IMG/VR virus record: IMGVR_UViG_3300045988_124612
DNA from: a virus
Reading direction: 5' to 3' (one strand)
Length of the DNA stretch: 37,282 bases
Within the stretch, counting starts at the first letter, position 1, and the number at the start of each line of letters is the position of its first letter. Under the pieces are notes generated by a model that was not told the origin of the DNA, searched no databases, and saw only the letters and a list, made by a program, of their open reading frames with translations. Positions 27,812 through 35,934 of the stretch are shown piece by piece. Position numbers and translations under genes: made by a program.

Positions 27812-28018
27812 TTACCTTTCTATTATTTCTATTGTTCCTACTGTCTGCATTCCTGCAAATACATATATTCTATTGTCTGTTCCTTCTTCAAAATCAATAT
27901 TATGTGAATATAAATAAGGTCTTACTGCTTTTAATAACCATTCATAGGTTAATTCATTTTTACACTCTTTTATAAAATTTGCATTTTTGCTTCCAATATC
28001 TATAAATTTAAGTTTCAT
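27812..28018 (-). CDS. Hypothetical phage protein
   Basis: ORF only. Confidence 0.45.
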   Translation of the reverse strand: MKLKFIDIGSKNANFIKECKNELTYEWLLKAVRPYLYSHNIDFEEGTDNRIYVFAGMQTVGTIEIIER

Positions 28019-28259
28019 TCTTTTCCCTTTCTTTATGGTACTTAAATATTTTTTCTATCTTTTTTAATTGCTTTTTTAATGAAAAACTATGTATTATTTT
28101 ATATTCCTTAAATATTGCTGCATGTTCTAGTTCAAAAGCTATTGCTGGAGAATTTTTAAATAACTTTTCTATCGGCTCTCTTTTTGTTTCTGTTCTGTCT
28201 AAATCAGCAATTAAAATATTTTTATTATCATAAATAATAATTTTACTCATTTTTACCAT
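28008..28259 (-). CDS. Hypothetical phage protein
   Basis: ORF only. Confidence 0.45.
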   Translation of the reverse strand: MVKMSKIIIYDNKNILIADLDRTETKREPIEKLFKNSPAIAFELEHAAIFKEYKIIHSFSLKKQLKKIEKIFKYHKEREKNET

Positions 28260-28261
28260 TC

Positions 28262-29107
28262 CTAACTCATAAACATACTTGTTTGCCCATTTGCTAATAT
28301 TCCTTCTAATCTATCAATGCTTATTTTGTGATATTCTGGATCTATTTCTATGCCTATATATTGTCTGTTTAATTCTTTTGCAGCAACACAGGTTGTTCCG
28401 CTTCCACTAAATGGATCAAATATTATTTCATTTTCTTTACTAGAATTAATAATTAAATTTTTTATTATATTTATTGGTTTAATTGTAGGGTGCTTAAATT
28501 TGTCTTTATCACTTTTATTAGCTGTAGTAATATAAAATTTATGTTTTGTTTCATATTCTCCACCTAAATATGCCCCATTTTCTCTAGCATATATACAATA
28601 CTCTGTATCTGGTAAATAAGAATTATTTATAGTTGGCGTAGGGTTTGTTTTATGCCATGTTAATATATCTGTACTGCAATTTATATTTTCAAAATAATGT
28701 AATATTTTACTAACTTGTTTTTTAGAACACCATATATAAATATTAATCTTTTTCATAACTCTTACTAAATCATCTAGTATTTCAAGTTCAAATCCATTTG
28801 AAATATGATTTAATTGTTGTCTTTGTCTTTCTTTATTTGCAGATATTCTTAACCTTTCTGTGTCTTTTGTGCTTTTACCTTTTTCATGATATAGGCTTAT
28901 ATATTCTTTTCTATAATTTCTTCTTTTTGTTCCAAAAGCACCTGCGCCGCTTCCCGTATCAAATTCATAAGGTGGATCCATTATAACTAAATCTATGCTA
29001 TTATCTGGTATTTGTTTTATTAATTCGTAGCTGTCGCCTAATGTTATTTTGTTTAGTAATTCATTAAATGAAGTACCGGTGTGTGTGTGTGTGTAGAGCG
29101 TCAGCAC
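28262..29107 (-). CDS. DNA (adenine-N6 / cytosine-N4) methyltransferase
   Basis: SIDLVIMDPPYEFDTGSGAG (motif IV) and NEIIFDPFSGSGTTCVAAKELNRQYIGIEIDPEYH (motif I); GTG start with an (AC)8 tract directly after it. Confidence 0.9.
   Translation of the reverse strand: MLTLYTHTHTGTSFNELLNKITLGDSYELIKQIPDNSIDLVIMDPPYEFDTGSGAGAFGTKRRNYRKEYISLYHEKGKSTKDTERLRISANKERQRQQLNHISNGFELEILDDLVRVMKKINIYIWCSKKQVSKILHYFENINCSTDILTWHKTNPTPTINNSYLPDTEYCIYARENGAYLGGEYETKHKFYITTANKSDKDKFKHPTIKPINIIKNLIINSSKENEIIFDPFSGSGTTCVAAKELNRQYIGIEIDPEYHKISIDRLEGILANGQTSMFMS
29079..29094. repeat. (GT)8 / (AC)8 dinucleotide microsatellite at the 5' end of the methyltransferase gene
   Basis: Direct reading: ccGTGTGTGTGTGTGTGTagag, 16 nt. 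Confidence 0.95.
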
Positions 29108-29118
29108 TTACAGCATTT

Positions 29119-29265
29119 TTATTTTCTATGTTGTTCATTATTAAATTCATCCTTCCTTGTAACCTCTATTCCTAAAGGTCTTTTTATAAAGATTTCGCAT
29201 GCTTCTTGTTGCGAATTTGCTATTTTATTACAAAAAGGATATTTCCCACAATTAATACATTTCAT
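29119..29265 (-). CDS. Small Cys-containing ORF upstream of methyltransferase (not in ORF track)
   Basis: 48 aa MKCINCGKYPFCNKIANSQQEACEIFIKRPLGIEVTRKDEFNNEQHRK*; AAGGGG upstream. Confidence 0.55.
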   Translation of the reverse strand: MKCINCGKYPFCNKIANSQQEACEIFIKRPLGIEVTRKDEFNNEQHRK

Positions 29266-29278
29266 ATACTTATTCCCC

Positions 29279-29698
29279 TTAGTATTCTTCAATTTTTATA
29301 TACATTCGTGGTTTTTCTGCATATTTCTTTTCTACTTCTAGTTTAATAACCTGTGTATCGTCTTTAAATGCAAATTTATTCATTCCATCTAGTACAATTT
29401 TTACAATGTTATCTATGTCTGGCTTTTTTGTTGGGCTTATATTGTTTGATAACATTTCCGCTTCTTTTTTCTTACTTGTACTTTTAGGTACTTCAAAATA
29501 AGCAATTATAGAAACTTTTACCCTACCTTCTATTGGTTTAAAATTAGGATAATTCATGCAAAACCATTGTCTTAATGAATATTCATATAACTTTGTTTTT
29601 GTTGGTGTATATGCTCTACCTGTTCTTGTATTCATTCTAGGTCTTGCTTTTCCTTGTATACTTCCTAACATTTCAAATTCATAAATCATTTGTAACAC
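29279..29698 (-). CDS. rusA: RusA-like Holliday junction resolvase
   Basis: GKARPRMNTRTGRAYTPTKT...KKPDIDNIVKIVLDGMNKFAFKDDTQVIKLEVEKKYAEKPRMYIKI. Confidence 0.9.
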   Translation of the reverse strand: MLQMIYEFEMLGSIQGKARPRMNTRTGRAYTPTKTKLYEYSLRQWFCMNYPNFKPIEGRVKVSIIAYFEVPKSTSKKKEAEMLSNNISPTKKPDIDNIVKIVLDGMNKFAFKDDTQVIKLEVEKKYAEKPRMYIKIEEY

Positions 29699-29703
29699 CT
29701 CTT

Positions 29704-30060
29704 CTAATTTTCCGGCATTATATATACTGCTTTTGTTGGTAATGGTGTAAATTCTGATAAAGCGTCAGATACTATAATACCTTGTTTTTCTAATTCTCTC
29801 TGTTTTTTTAGCATTTCCTTTTCTGGCATATACATTTTATATTTTAATATTCCTTTAAGTTCTCCCTCTTCTTTTTTTATCATTTCACTAAATACCTTAC
29901 TAGCTCTTTCTAAACTGTTGTATGTTGCTATAATCCCTTCTTTGTCATCTGCATAATTAATAATTATATTTACTTGGCTATTTTTTACCTCTTCTAGCTT
30001 TAAAAAATTTATTCTTTCAAAATTTATTAACGTATTTCTTTTTTGACTAATTATTAACAT
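29704..30060 (-). CDS. Hypothetical phage protein
   Basis: ORF only. Confidence 0.45.
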   Translation of the reverse strand: MLIISQKRNTLINFERINFLKLEEVKNSQVNIIINYADDKEGIIATYNSLERASKVFSEMIKKEEGELKGILKYKMYMPEKEMLKKQRELEKQGIIVSDALSEFTPLPTKAVYIMPEN

Positions 30061-30754
30061 TTACCATATCCTCTTCTTTCTTAAATTTTTGTTCTAATTG
30101 TTCTACGCTATAATCCGCTCTAAATTGGTTATAGCTTTTTTTATCCATTGCTTTTAATTCTTGCCATAACTCTGGATAGAATTTATATAATATTTTTAAT
30201 TCTTTTAAATTTTTCAAAGGGCAACACCAACAACTCAATCTATCAAAATGTTCATATAAACCATTCCAATTAAAACCTCTATCATAACAATATTTTAAGC
30301 AGTCCGCTTCTGTCATTTTCCATTCAACTAATGGATAGCACTTGTCTTTTATTCTTTTAGGCTCATCGTAAGCAATACCTACGTATTCTTTGTAACCTTC
30401 ATTTGCATATTGTTTTAGATAGTTATCCATTGTTCTAGTCTTTAAGTTACTTGTACACCATCTACAAAACATAGTTGCCCAGCCATAACCTTTTTTTCCT
30501 TTGTTTTTCCCTCGAGTTTTTTCATGTTCAAACATATAATAGTCAAAACTTTTACTTGGTACTAAAGTAATTATTTCTTTTCCGTAATTGTGTACTATGT
30601 AATTTTGTACTTTTCTTATATGTTCCAACATATCTGGAAAATCTTTGCCTGTATCGCAAAAAAGTATTTTATCTATTGGCATATTTTCTTCTAGCATTCT
30701 AAGCAACATAGCTGTACTATCTTTACCACCACTAAAACTTACTATATGTTTCAT
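30047..30754 (-). CDS. PAPS reductase / PP-loop adenine nucleotide alpha-hydrolase family protein
   Basis: HIVSFSGGKDSTAMLLRML...CDTGKDFPD...CRWCTSNLKT...CWCCPLKN. Confidence 0.85.
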   Translation of the reverse strand: MKHIVSFSGGKDSTAMLLRMLEENMPIDKILFCDTGKDFPDMLEHIRKVQNYIVHNYGKEIITLVPSKSFDYYMFEHEKTRGKNKGKKGYGWATMFCRWCTSNLKTRTMDNYLKQYANEGYKEYVGIAYDEPKRIKDKCYPLVEWKMTEADCLKYCYDRGFNWNGLYEHFDRLSCWCCPLKNLKELKILYKFYPELWQELKAMDKKSYNQFRADYSVEQLEQKFKKEEDMVNVNN

Positions 30755-31044
30755 GTTATCTTCCCTTCTTCAAATATTTTTAACACTGGCTTTAAACATT
30801 TATTATGTAGTGCCATTTCAATATCGCCATGTTTAGTAACTATATTCTTAAACGTTATTGTTCCACCTGTCATTTCTTGCTTTTTGTCTAGTATCTTTAT
30901 TTCTTCTCCGCAATAATCACATTTATAATAATCGTACTCTTTTCTTGACTTACAATTTGTTAAATGACATCCCGCTTCTTTTGGTTTCATTTTTGCATAT
31001 ATAGGCACATTTCCTCTTCTGGACAATTCTTCAAATCTTCTCAT
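30751..31044 (-). CDS. Zinc-ribbon-like hypothetical protein
   Basis: KCDYCGEE...HNKC. Confidence 0.5.
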   Translation of the reverse strand: MRRFEELSRRGNVPIYAKMKPKEAGCHLTNCKSRKEYDYYKCDYCGEEIKILDKKQEMTGGTITFKNIVTKHGDIEMALHNKCLKPVLKIFEEGKIT

Positions 31045-31045
31045 G

Positions 31046-31991
31046 CTACAACCCTTCTAATTCATAAATTGTTTCTGTATCAAATTGTGTGCTTAATTCT
31101 GTTTGTTCTGTTGCTGTTAATATACATTTTTCAAAATAAGCCTTTGGCTTCTGTATTTTAGTTTTTGTATTTGCAACAGAAAATTGTTGTAGTGCATAAA
31201 GTATCTTTTTTGAATTAAGCTCCTCTATTTTAGGTCTAGTTTTTAAATCTAAATACATTTCTTTTAAAATATTTTTTATTTCAATAGCCAATGCTGGATC
31301 TAATATATGCAATTCACAATTAGATACAATACGGTCAAATTCCATCTCGTCCATCTTATCCATTTTTAGATTTTCATTTTTTGCTTTTTTGTGATCAGAA
31401 GGATAGATAGATTTTATTTTATTTAATTTAATTTCATTTAATTTAATTTCATTTAATTTGCATAATTTTGCATACACTTTTTGGCTTTTTGCATTACATT
31501 TGTATTTCTTTTGGTTTGCATTTGCATTGCTTTTGCAATAACCTTTTATGCACTTGCATTTTTTTGCATTGTTTTTATTGTTTTTGTCTTCTGTTTTTTC
31601 TTCGTCTTTATTCCATCTAGCATTTGCTGCTTGTCTTCTTTTCTCTTTTAAGTCTTCGTATTTTTCCATTCTTCTTAAAAAACTTTCTGACCAAAACATG
31701 CCATTTTTAGAATTAAATAAACCGTTCCCGCTTTCACTATCTTTATATTCATTAATGCAGTCGTCTACAAACTTTTCTACGTCTATTGTTGTACCTGTTT
31801 GCATTTTAATTGCCCTGTATGTGTTTTTATTTAAAGTTAATTTATATGTAGATTCATTTCTTAACATTTCTAATATAGCCCAATACAAACCATACCCGTT
31901 CTAAACCATAATCACAACGCATAGATAATATTTTAGGATCTGTTAGTGCGTTTGAATCATGACTAAAATAATACGCGTCTTTATTTGCCAT
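31046..31991 (-). pseudogene. Replication initiator-like protein (DUF4373/Lin1244-type N-terminus), broken by a 1-nt frameshift
   Basis: N-terminal ORF 31854-31991 with SD GGGAGGT encodes MANKDAYYFSHDSNALTDPKILSMRCDYGLE; removing one C (plus-strand g31898) continues as GYGLYWAILEMLRNE... into ORF 31046-31888. Confidence 0.75.
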
Positions 31992-32030
31992 TATTAATTA
32001 CCTCCCTTCTTTAAGATTTTAAATTGTGTA

Positions 32031-32414
32031 TTAAAGTATGGTTTCTATTTCTTCTTTTACTTTTTCTTTCAACAAAAATAGCAAAGCAGCATTATCAATT
32101 TTATAGGTAACGTTAAAAAAACTATTTACATTCGTATTTTCATAAGTATACGACATTGCTTTTCTAACGCAGTTTACTGTTGTTTTATATTCTCTTGCGA
32201 TCATAAAATATAATTCCATTGTTTTTAATTCTTGTCTTTTATGTATTTCTATATCTAAAGTCATTACAATAGCTTTTAGCCAATACTTAAATCCTAAACA
32301 ATGTAATTTCATACCTATATCTTTTAGTAGCTGTTTTGCTATTTTTTTTGTTTTATTTTCTATTTTTTCTTTCTCATATTGTGATCTAGTTATCATTTTT
32401 CTTACTTTTTCCAT
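32031..32414 (-). CDS. Spo0A C-terminal domain-like DNA-binding protein
   Basis: AKQLLKDIGMKLHCLGFKYWLKAIVMTLDI...TMELYFMIAREYKTTVNCVRKAMSYTYEN resembles the Spo0A effector domain pattern (LL..IG...H..G..YL..AI...LY..IA..Y.TT...V..AIR). Confidence 0.7.
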   Translation of the reverse strand: MEKVRKMITRSQYEKEKIENKTKKIAKQLLKDIGMKLHCLGFKYWLKAIVMTLDIEIHKRQELKTMELYFMIAREYKTTVNCVRKAMSYTYENTNVNSFFNVTYKIDNAALLFLLKEKVKEEIETIL

Positions 32415-32463
32415 TGTCTTTTATTCCCCTTTCTTGATAATTACTAAGGTATCTTTTGTTCTA

Positions 32464-32601
32464 TTATTTATCATCATAATAGTATTTATCGTCTTTCATA
32501 TATTCTTCAAATTCATCTTGCTTTTTGCTTGCAATTAATAATGCTAAAATAAAAACTCCTGTTACTAAACCTATAAATAAACCTATTAAAAATTTAAACA
32601 T
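32464..32601 (-). CDS. Small phage membrane protein (not in ORF track)
   Basis: 45 aa MFKFLIGLFIGLVTGVFILALLIASKKQDEFEEYMKDDKYYYDDK. Confidence 0.6.
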   Translation of the reverse strand: MFKFLIGLFIGLVTGVFILALLIASKKQDEFEEYMKDDKYYYDDK

Positions 32602-32610
32602 TTTTAACAC

Positions 32611-33063
32611 CTACTTTCCTGTGCTTCCAAAGCCTCCTGTACGCTCGCCTTCTGCTGTATCATTATCTGTTTTAGCATATTTCATAAATATACCTTGTCC
32701 TAGTTTTTCGCCCGCTTCTAACGTAACATCTTCATTAAGCATATTATAGAAAACAAATGCCATTTCCCCCTCATTATCAGCATTGTTATAATAATCACTA
32801 TCTACTACACCAACACCATTTAAAATTATTAAACCTTTCTTTTTAGGGTTACTGCTTCTATTAAATAAGAATAATGCCTCATCTTCTGGAAATTGTGCTT
32901 TTATTCCTGTTGGTATCATTGTTATTTCATGTGATTTACAAACAACTCTTTTATGGTTAAAAAAATCATAACCTGCACTATTTTTGGTACTTCTTTCTGG
33001 TAATCTTCTAGTTAACCCATCTTCATTATTTAAAATTCTATTTACAAATTCAAATTTTCTCAT
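32611..33063 (-). CDS. dut: dUTPase
   Basis: LPERSTKNSAGYDFF, MIPTGIKAQFPEDEALFLFNRSS, GVVDSDYYNNADNEGEMAFVFYN, LEAGEKLGQGIFMKY, ERTGGFGSTGK. Confidence 0.93.
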   Translation of the reverse strand: MRKFEFVNRILNNEDGLTRRLPERSTKNSAGYDFFNHKRVVCKSHEITMIPTGIKAQFPEDEALFLFNRSSNPKKKGLIILNGVGVVDSDYYNNADNEGEMAFVFYNMLNEDVTLEAGEKLGQGIFMKYAKTDNDTAEGERTGGFGSTGK

Positions 33064-33155
33064 TTTTACCCTCCTAATTTTTATTGACTTCTAGCGTTAT
33101 TTCTGTTAAAATAACAATAAGAATGTTTATATAAACGTTTTAAAAAAGAGTTTAC

Positions 33156-33497
33156 TTATATACTTTGGTCGGTGTGTGAGCTAAGCTCTTTTTTATTTGT
33201 ATTTATACTTGTTAATTTTTTTCTTTTATCTGCTGCAATTTCTGCCACTTTTCTTAATAATGTTTTTTCATTGTTATAGCAATTACTTGTAGCCCAGCTT
33301 TCTATTGTTTTTAAATCTTCAATACGATTCATTCTTTCTTGTACTAATCTATTTTCTAATTCTTTAATTTTATTTTCTTTTTCTATTAAGCCTTCGCCTT
33401 GCCTTGCAATTATTCTTCCGTAAAATTTATCTTCATTAGCATTTTCAGTCGGTTTATTTTCATTTCTTTTTTTATTTTCCATTAAATGTTTTGCCAT
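33156..33497 (-). CDS. Hypothetical phage protein
   Basis: ORF only. Confidence 0.45.
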   Translation of the reverse strand: MAKHLMENKKRNENKPTENANEDKFYGRIIARQGEGLIEKENKIKELENRLVQERMNRIEDLKTIESWATSNCYNNEKTLLRKVAEIAADKRKKLTSINTNKKELSSHTDQSI

Positions 33498-33626
33498 TTA
33501 CTTTTTACCTCCTAACTGTTTTAGATTTTCTTTCATAATTTTTAATGTAGCTTTCATTTTATTTAGTCTTTCATGGTCTATCTGTAAATAGCTGCATTCT
33601 TCTAATAATGTTTCGTAATATTCCAT

Positions 33627-33968
33627 TTATTTGCCCTCCATCAACAATATTTTTATAGTTTGTCCTTCATATATTGTTGCAGAAGCCATATTGTTTAATT
33701 TTTTAACTTCATATATGTATTCTCTTGGATCTTGATTTTCTAGTTTATACCTTTCTGCAATTTTCCATAATGTATCGCCTTTACAAACTACATATTCTGT
33801 TTCCTCTTTTACTACCGCTTCGTTACTTGCAAAAGCATTATTCATTATTAAAATTCCTAATATTGCTATAAATAGCATTGTTATTACACTTCTTATAAAT
33901 TTTTTCTTGTTTACAACCTTTCTTTTCATCCTTGGTAATCCCCCTTTTCTCTTTTTTTCTTGTACCAC
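33627..33968 (-). CDS. Membrane-anchored LysM-domain protein (YneA-like)
   Basis: TM segment FIRSVITMLFIAILGILIM then YVVCKGDTLWKIAERY...YIYEVKKLNNMASATIYEGQTIKIL. Confidence 0.75.
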   Translation of the reverse strand: MVQEKKRKGGLPRMKRKVVNKKKFIRSVITMLFIAILGILIMNNAFASNEAVVKEETEYVVCKGDTLWKIAERYKLENQDPREYIYEVKKLNNMASATIYEGQTIKILLMEGK

Positions 33969-34123
33969 TCTCTTATTGCACTTCCTAATGCTACTTTTTC
34001 TTTTCCAAAGTTTTCACTAGGAAAGTCTTGTAAATTATAAATACTTAGGGCTGTTGGTACACTACAATTTCTTAATTTTGCAAATTCAGATGGTGTATAA
34101 AAAATATTGTCTTGTAATTCCAA
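33926..34123 (-). CDS. Excisionase-like / MerR-type small DNA-binding protein
   Basis: YTPSEFAKLRNCSVPTALSIYNLQDFPSENFGKEKVALGSAIREWY. Confidence 0.65.
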   Translation of the reverse strand: MELQDNIFYTPSEFAKLRNCSVPTALSIYNLQDFPSENFGKEKVALGSAIREWYKKKREKGDYQG

Positions 34124-34141
34124 TTTTTTACCCTCCTTCTT

Positions 34142-34393
34142 TTAGTGTTCTGCCGCATTTTCTTTATTTCTTGAATTTAATTCAAGTTTTTCCTCAAAAA
34201 AATATTTTGGAATTTCCATTTGCTCTATTCCTAAAGCCTTACTTATCTTATGTATTTCAATAGATGTAAAATCAGTTTTTTGATTAAGTTTACTGCTTAA
34301 AGTTGCCGGAGACATATCAACTTCTGGTGCAAATTTCGTTTCAGAGTTTTTCATTTCTTTGATTCTGCCTCTTAATTTGTTGTAATCAAACAT
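34142..34393 (-). CDS. Cro-like XRE-family regulator, first gene of the leftward early operon
   Basis: NKLRGRIKEMKNSETKFAPEVDMSPATLSSKLNQKTDFTSIEIHKISKALG HTH; divergent from the CI-like gene. Confidence 0.8.
   Translation of the reverse strand: MFDYNKLRGRIKEMKNSETKFAPEVDMSPATLSSKLNQKTDFTSIEIHKISKALGIEQMEIPKYFFEEKLELNSRNKENAAEH
34170..34186. promoter_or_regulatory. Putative phage operator, copy within the cro-like gene
   Basis: CTTGAATTTAATTCAAG, identical to the core of the operator at 34411-34431. Confidence 0.55.
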
Positions 34394-34410
34394 TCTATTT
34401 CCTCCTTTCC

Positions 34411-34431
34411 AACTTGAATTTAATTCAAGTT
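34411..34431. promoter_or_regulatory. Putative phage operator
   Basis: Perfect 9-bp arms AACTTGAAT-TTA-ATTCAAGTT between divergent repressor and cro-like genes. Confidence 0.7.
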
Positions 34432-34473
34432 TTCTATATATTATACTAACAAAATTTTTTTGTCAATACTTTT

Positions 34474-34490
34474 TTTGAATTTTTTTCAAG
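34474..34490. promoter_or_regulatory. Putative degenerate phage operator
   Basis: TTTGAATTTTTTTCAAG: 3 differences from CTTGAATTTAATTCAAG (one per arm and one in the spacer), same spacing. Confidence 0.4.
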
Positions 34491-34516
34491 TTTTTTTGAT
34501 AATTTTTATAAAAAAC

Positions 34517-34545
34517 TTGATTTTTATTTAATTTTTCTTTATAAT
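34517..34545 (+). promoter_or_regulatory. Sigma-A-type promoter for the CI-like repressor
   Basis: TTGATT-17 nt-TATAAT. Confidence 0.7.
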
Positions 34546-34578
34546 GTAGGTGTAATAAAGTTTTTAAGGAGGTTTTAT

Positions 34579-35208
34579 ATGGATAATATACAAGAAAGCT
34601 TTTCTACTCGTTTAGATAAAGCAATGAAACTTAGAAATATAAAATCTGTAGAATTACATGAGAAAACTGGAATAAGCGAGAGTTTAATTAGTAAATATTT
34701 ATCTGGTAACGCCCTTGCTAGGCAAAAGAAAATATTTTTAATATCTAAAGTATTAGATGTAAATCCAGCGTGGCTAATGGGATATGATGTACCAATGGCA
34801 GACTTAAAAGCTGTTAAAATTCCTATTTTAAATAATGTATCACTTTCTATGGATTTATTTTCTAAAGAAAATATAAAAGATTATACTACATTTAGAATTA
34901 AAACTTACTGGGATAGCAATGTAGAAAATTATTTTGCTATTGCTGCACCAGATGATGATATGTTACCTCTTCTTGGCAAAGGAGATTTAGCGATAGTTCA
35001 TATTCAAAACGAAATAGAAAACGGAAATACTGCATTAGTATTTTTAAAAGATGACAATAAATATACTATAAAAAAAGTAATAGAAACAAAAACAGGCATA
35101 GAACTACACTCTATGAATCCAACTGTAAAAGAAATACAAACTACTTATGAAAACGTAGTAATTATAGGTAGAGTTATTAAAGCAGATGTAGAAAGTGCTT
35201 TTGAATAA
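34579..35208 (+). CDS. CI-like repressor with HTH and S24/LexA-type peptidase domain
   Basis: HTH SVELHEKTGISESLISKYLSGNALARQKKI; C-terminal FAIAAPDDDMLPLLGKGDLAIVHIQNEIENGNTALVFLKDDNKYTIKKV. Confidence 0.85.
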   Translation: MDNIQESFSTRLDKAMKLRNIKSVELHEKTGISESLISKYLSGNALARQKKIFLISKVLDVNPAWLMGYDVPMADLKAVKIPILNNVSLSMDLFSKENIKDYTTFRIKTYWDSNVENYFAIAAPDDDMLPLLGKGDLAIVHIQNEIENGNTALVFLKDDNKYTIKKVIETKTGIELHSMNPTVKEIQTTYENVVIIGRVIKADVESAFE

Positions 35209-35230
35209 AAATTAATAAAGGAGCTTTAGA

Positions 35231-35797
35231 ATGCTACTTCATAAAATATTTTTTAAAGTGAGTGGAGTTACTTTTAATAATGAAAATAACGTAAATATTC
35301 AAGATGAAATTGTTAAAATCTTGAAAGAATATAAAAAAAATGGATATTTTGATAAATTTTATTGCGATTATACCAAAAAAGAAATTATAGAAATGGACTT
35401 AAATGTATCAGAATACGAAGGTTATTTTTTTAATGGTTTAATTAAAGAGGATTTATTTGATTCGAAAAAATGTTATAAAGTATATATTGAACGTTTTGAT
35501 AATTCTCTCTTTCATATAGGTTATGTACCTAAAGAATATATAAATGAATTGTCAGAATGGTTTAGTAAAGAAGGATTGAAACATAATATTAATATAACTA
35601 TTACTGGAGGTAAATGTAAGCATTGCGTTTACAAAACAGTAGATTATGAAGAAATAGAAGACGTGGAAATAACAGAATTGACTTATGGTTTTAATGTAGA
35701 TTTACATTTTTTTGATGATAATATAGAAATTGTAGACAATGTAAAAAAAGAAAAAAAGGGAATATTTAATAAGTTTTTTAAAAATAAAAAGGGATAA
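35231..35797 (+). CDS. Hypothetical protein, possible divergent HIRAN-like domain
   Basis: FKVSGVTFNNE...YKVYIERFDNSLFHIGYVPKEYINELSEWF resembles HIRAN pattern. Confidence 0.4.
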   Translation: MLLHKIFFKVSGVTFNNENNVNIQDEIVKILKEYKKNGYFDKFYCDYTKKEIIEMDLNVSEYEGYFFNGLIKEDLFDSKKCYKVYIERFDNSLFHIGYVPKEYINELSEWFSKEGLKHNINITITGGKCKHCVYKTVDYEEIEDVEITELTYGFNVDLHFFDDNIEIVDNVKKEKKGIFNKFFKNKKG

Positions 35798-35934
35798 GTG
35801 CAATGTTTTGCGGCAGAACACTTATCCAAAGGTTGTAAACACTTAAAAGTGATTACTTTTTGTATTATATACAAAAAGCCTTCATTTTTCAAGTGTATTT
35901 ACAAAAAATATTTGAAAAATTGGAGGTTTTATTT

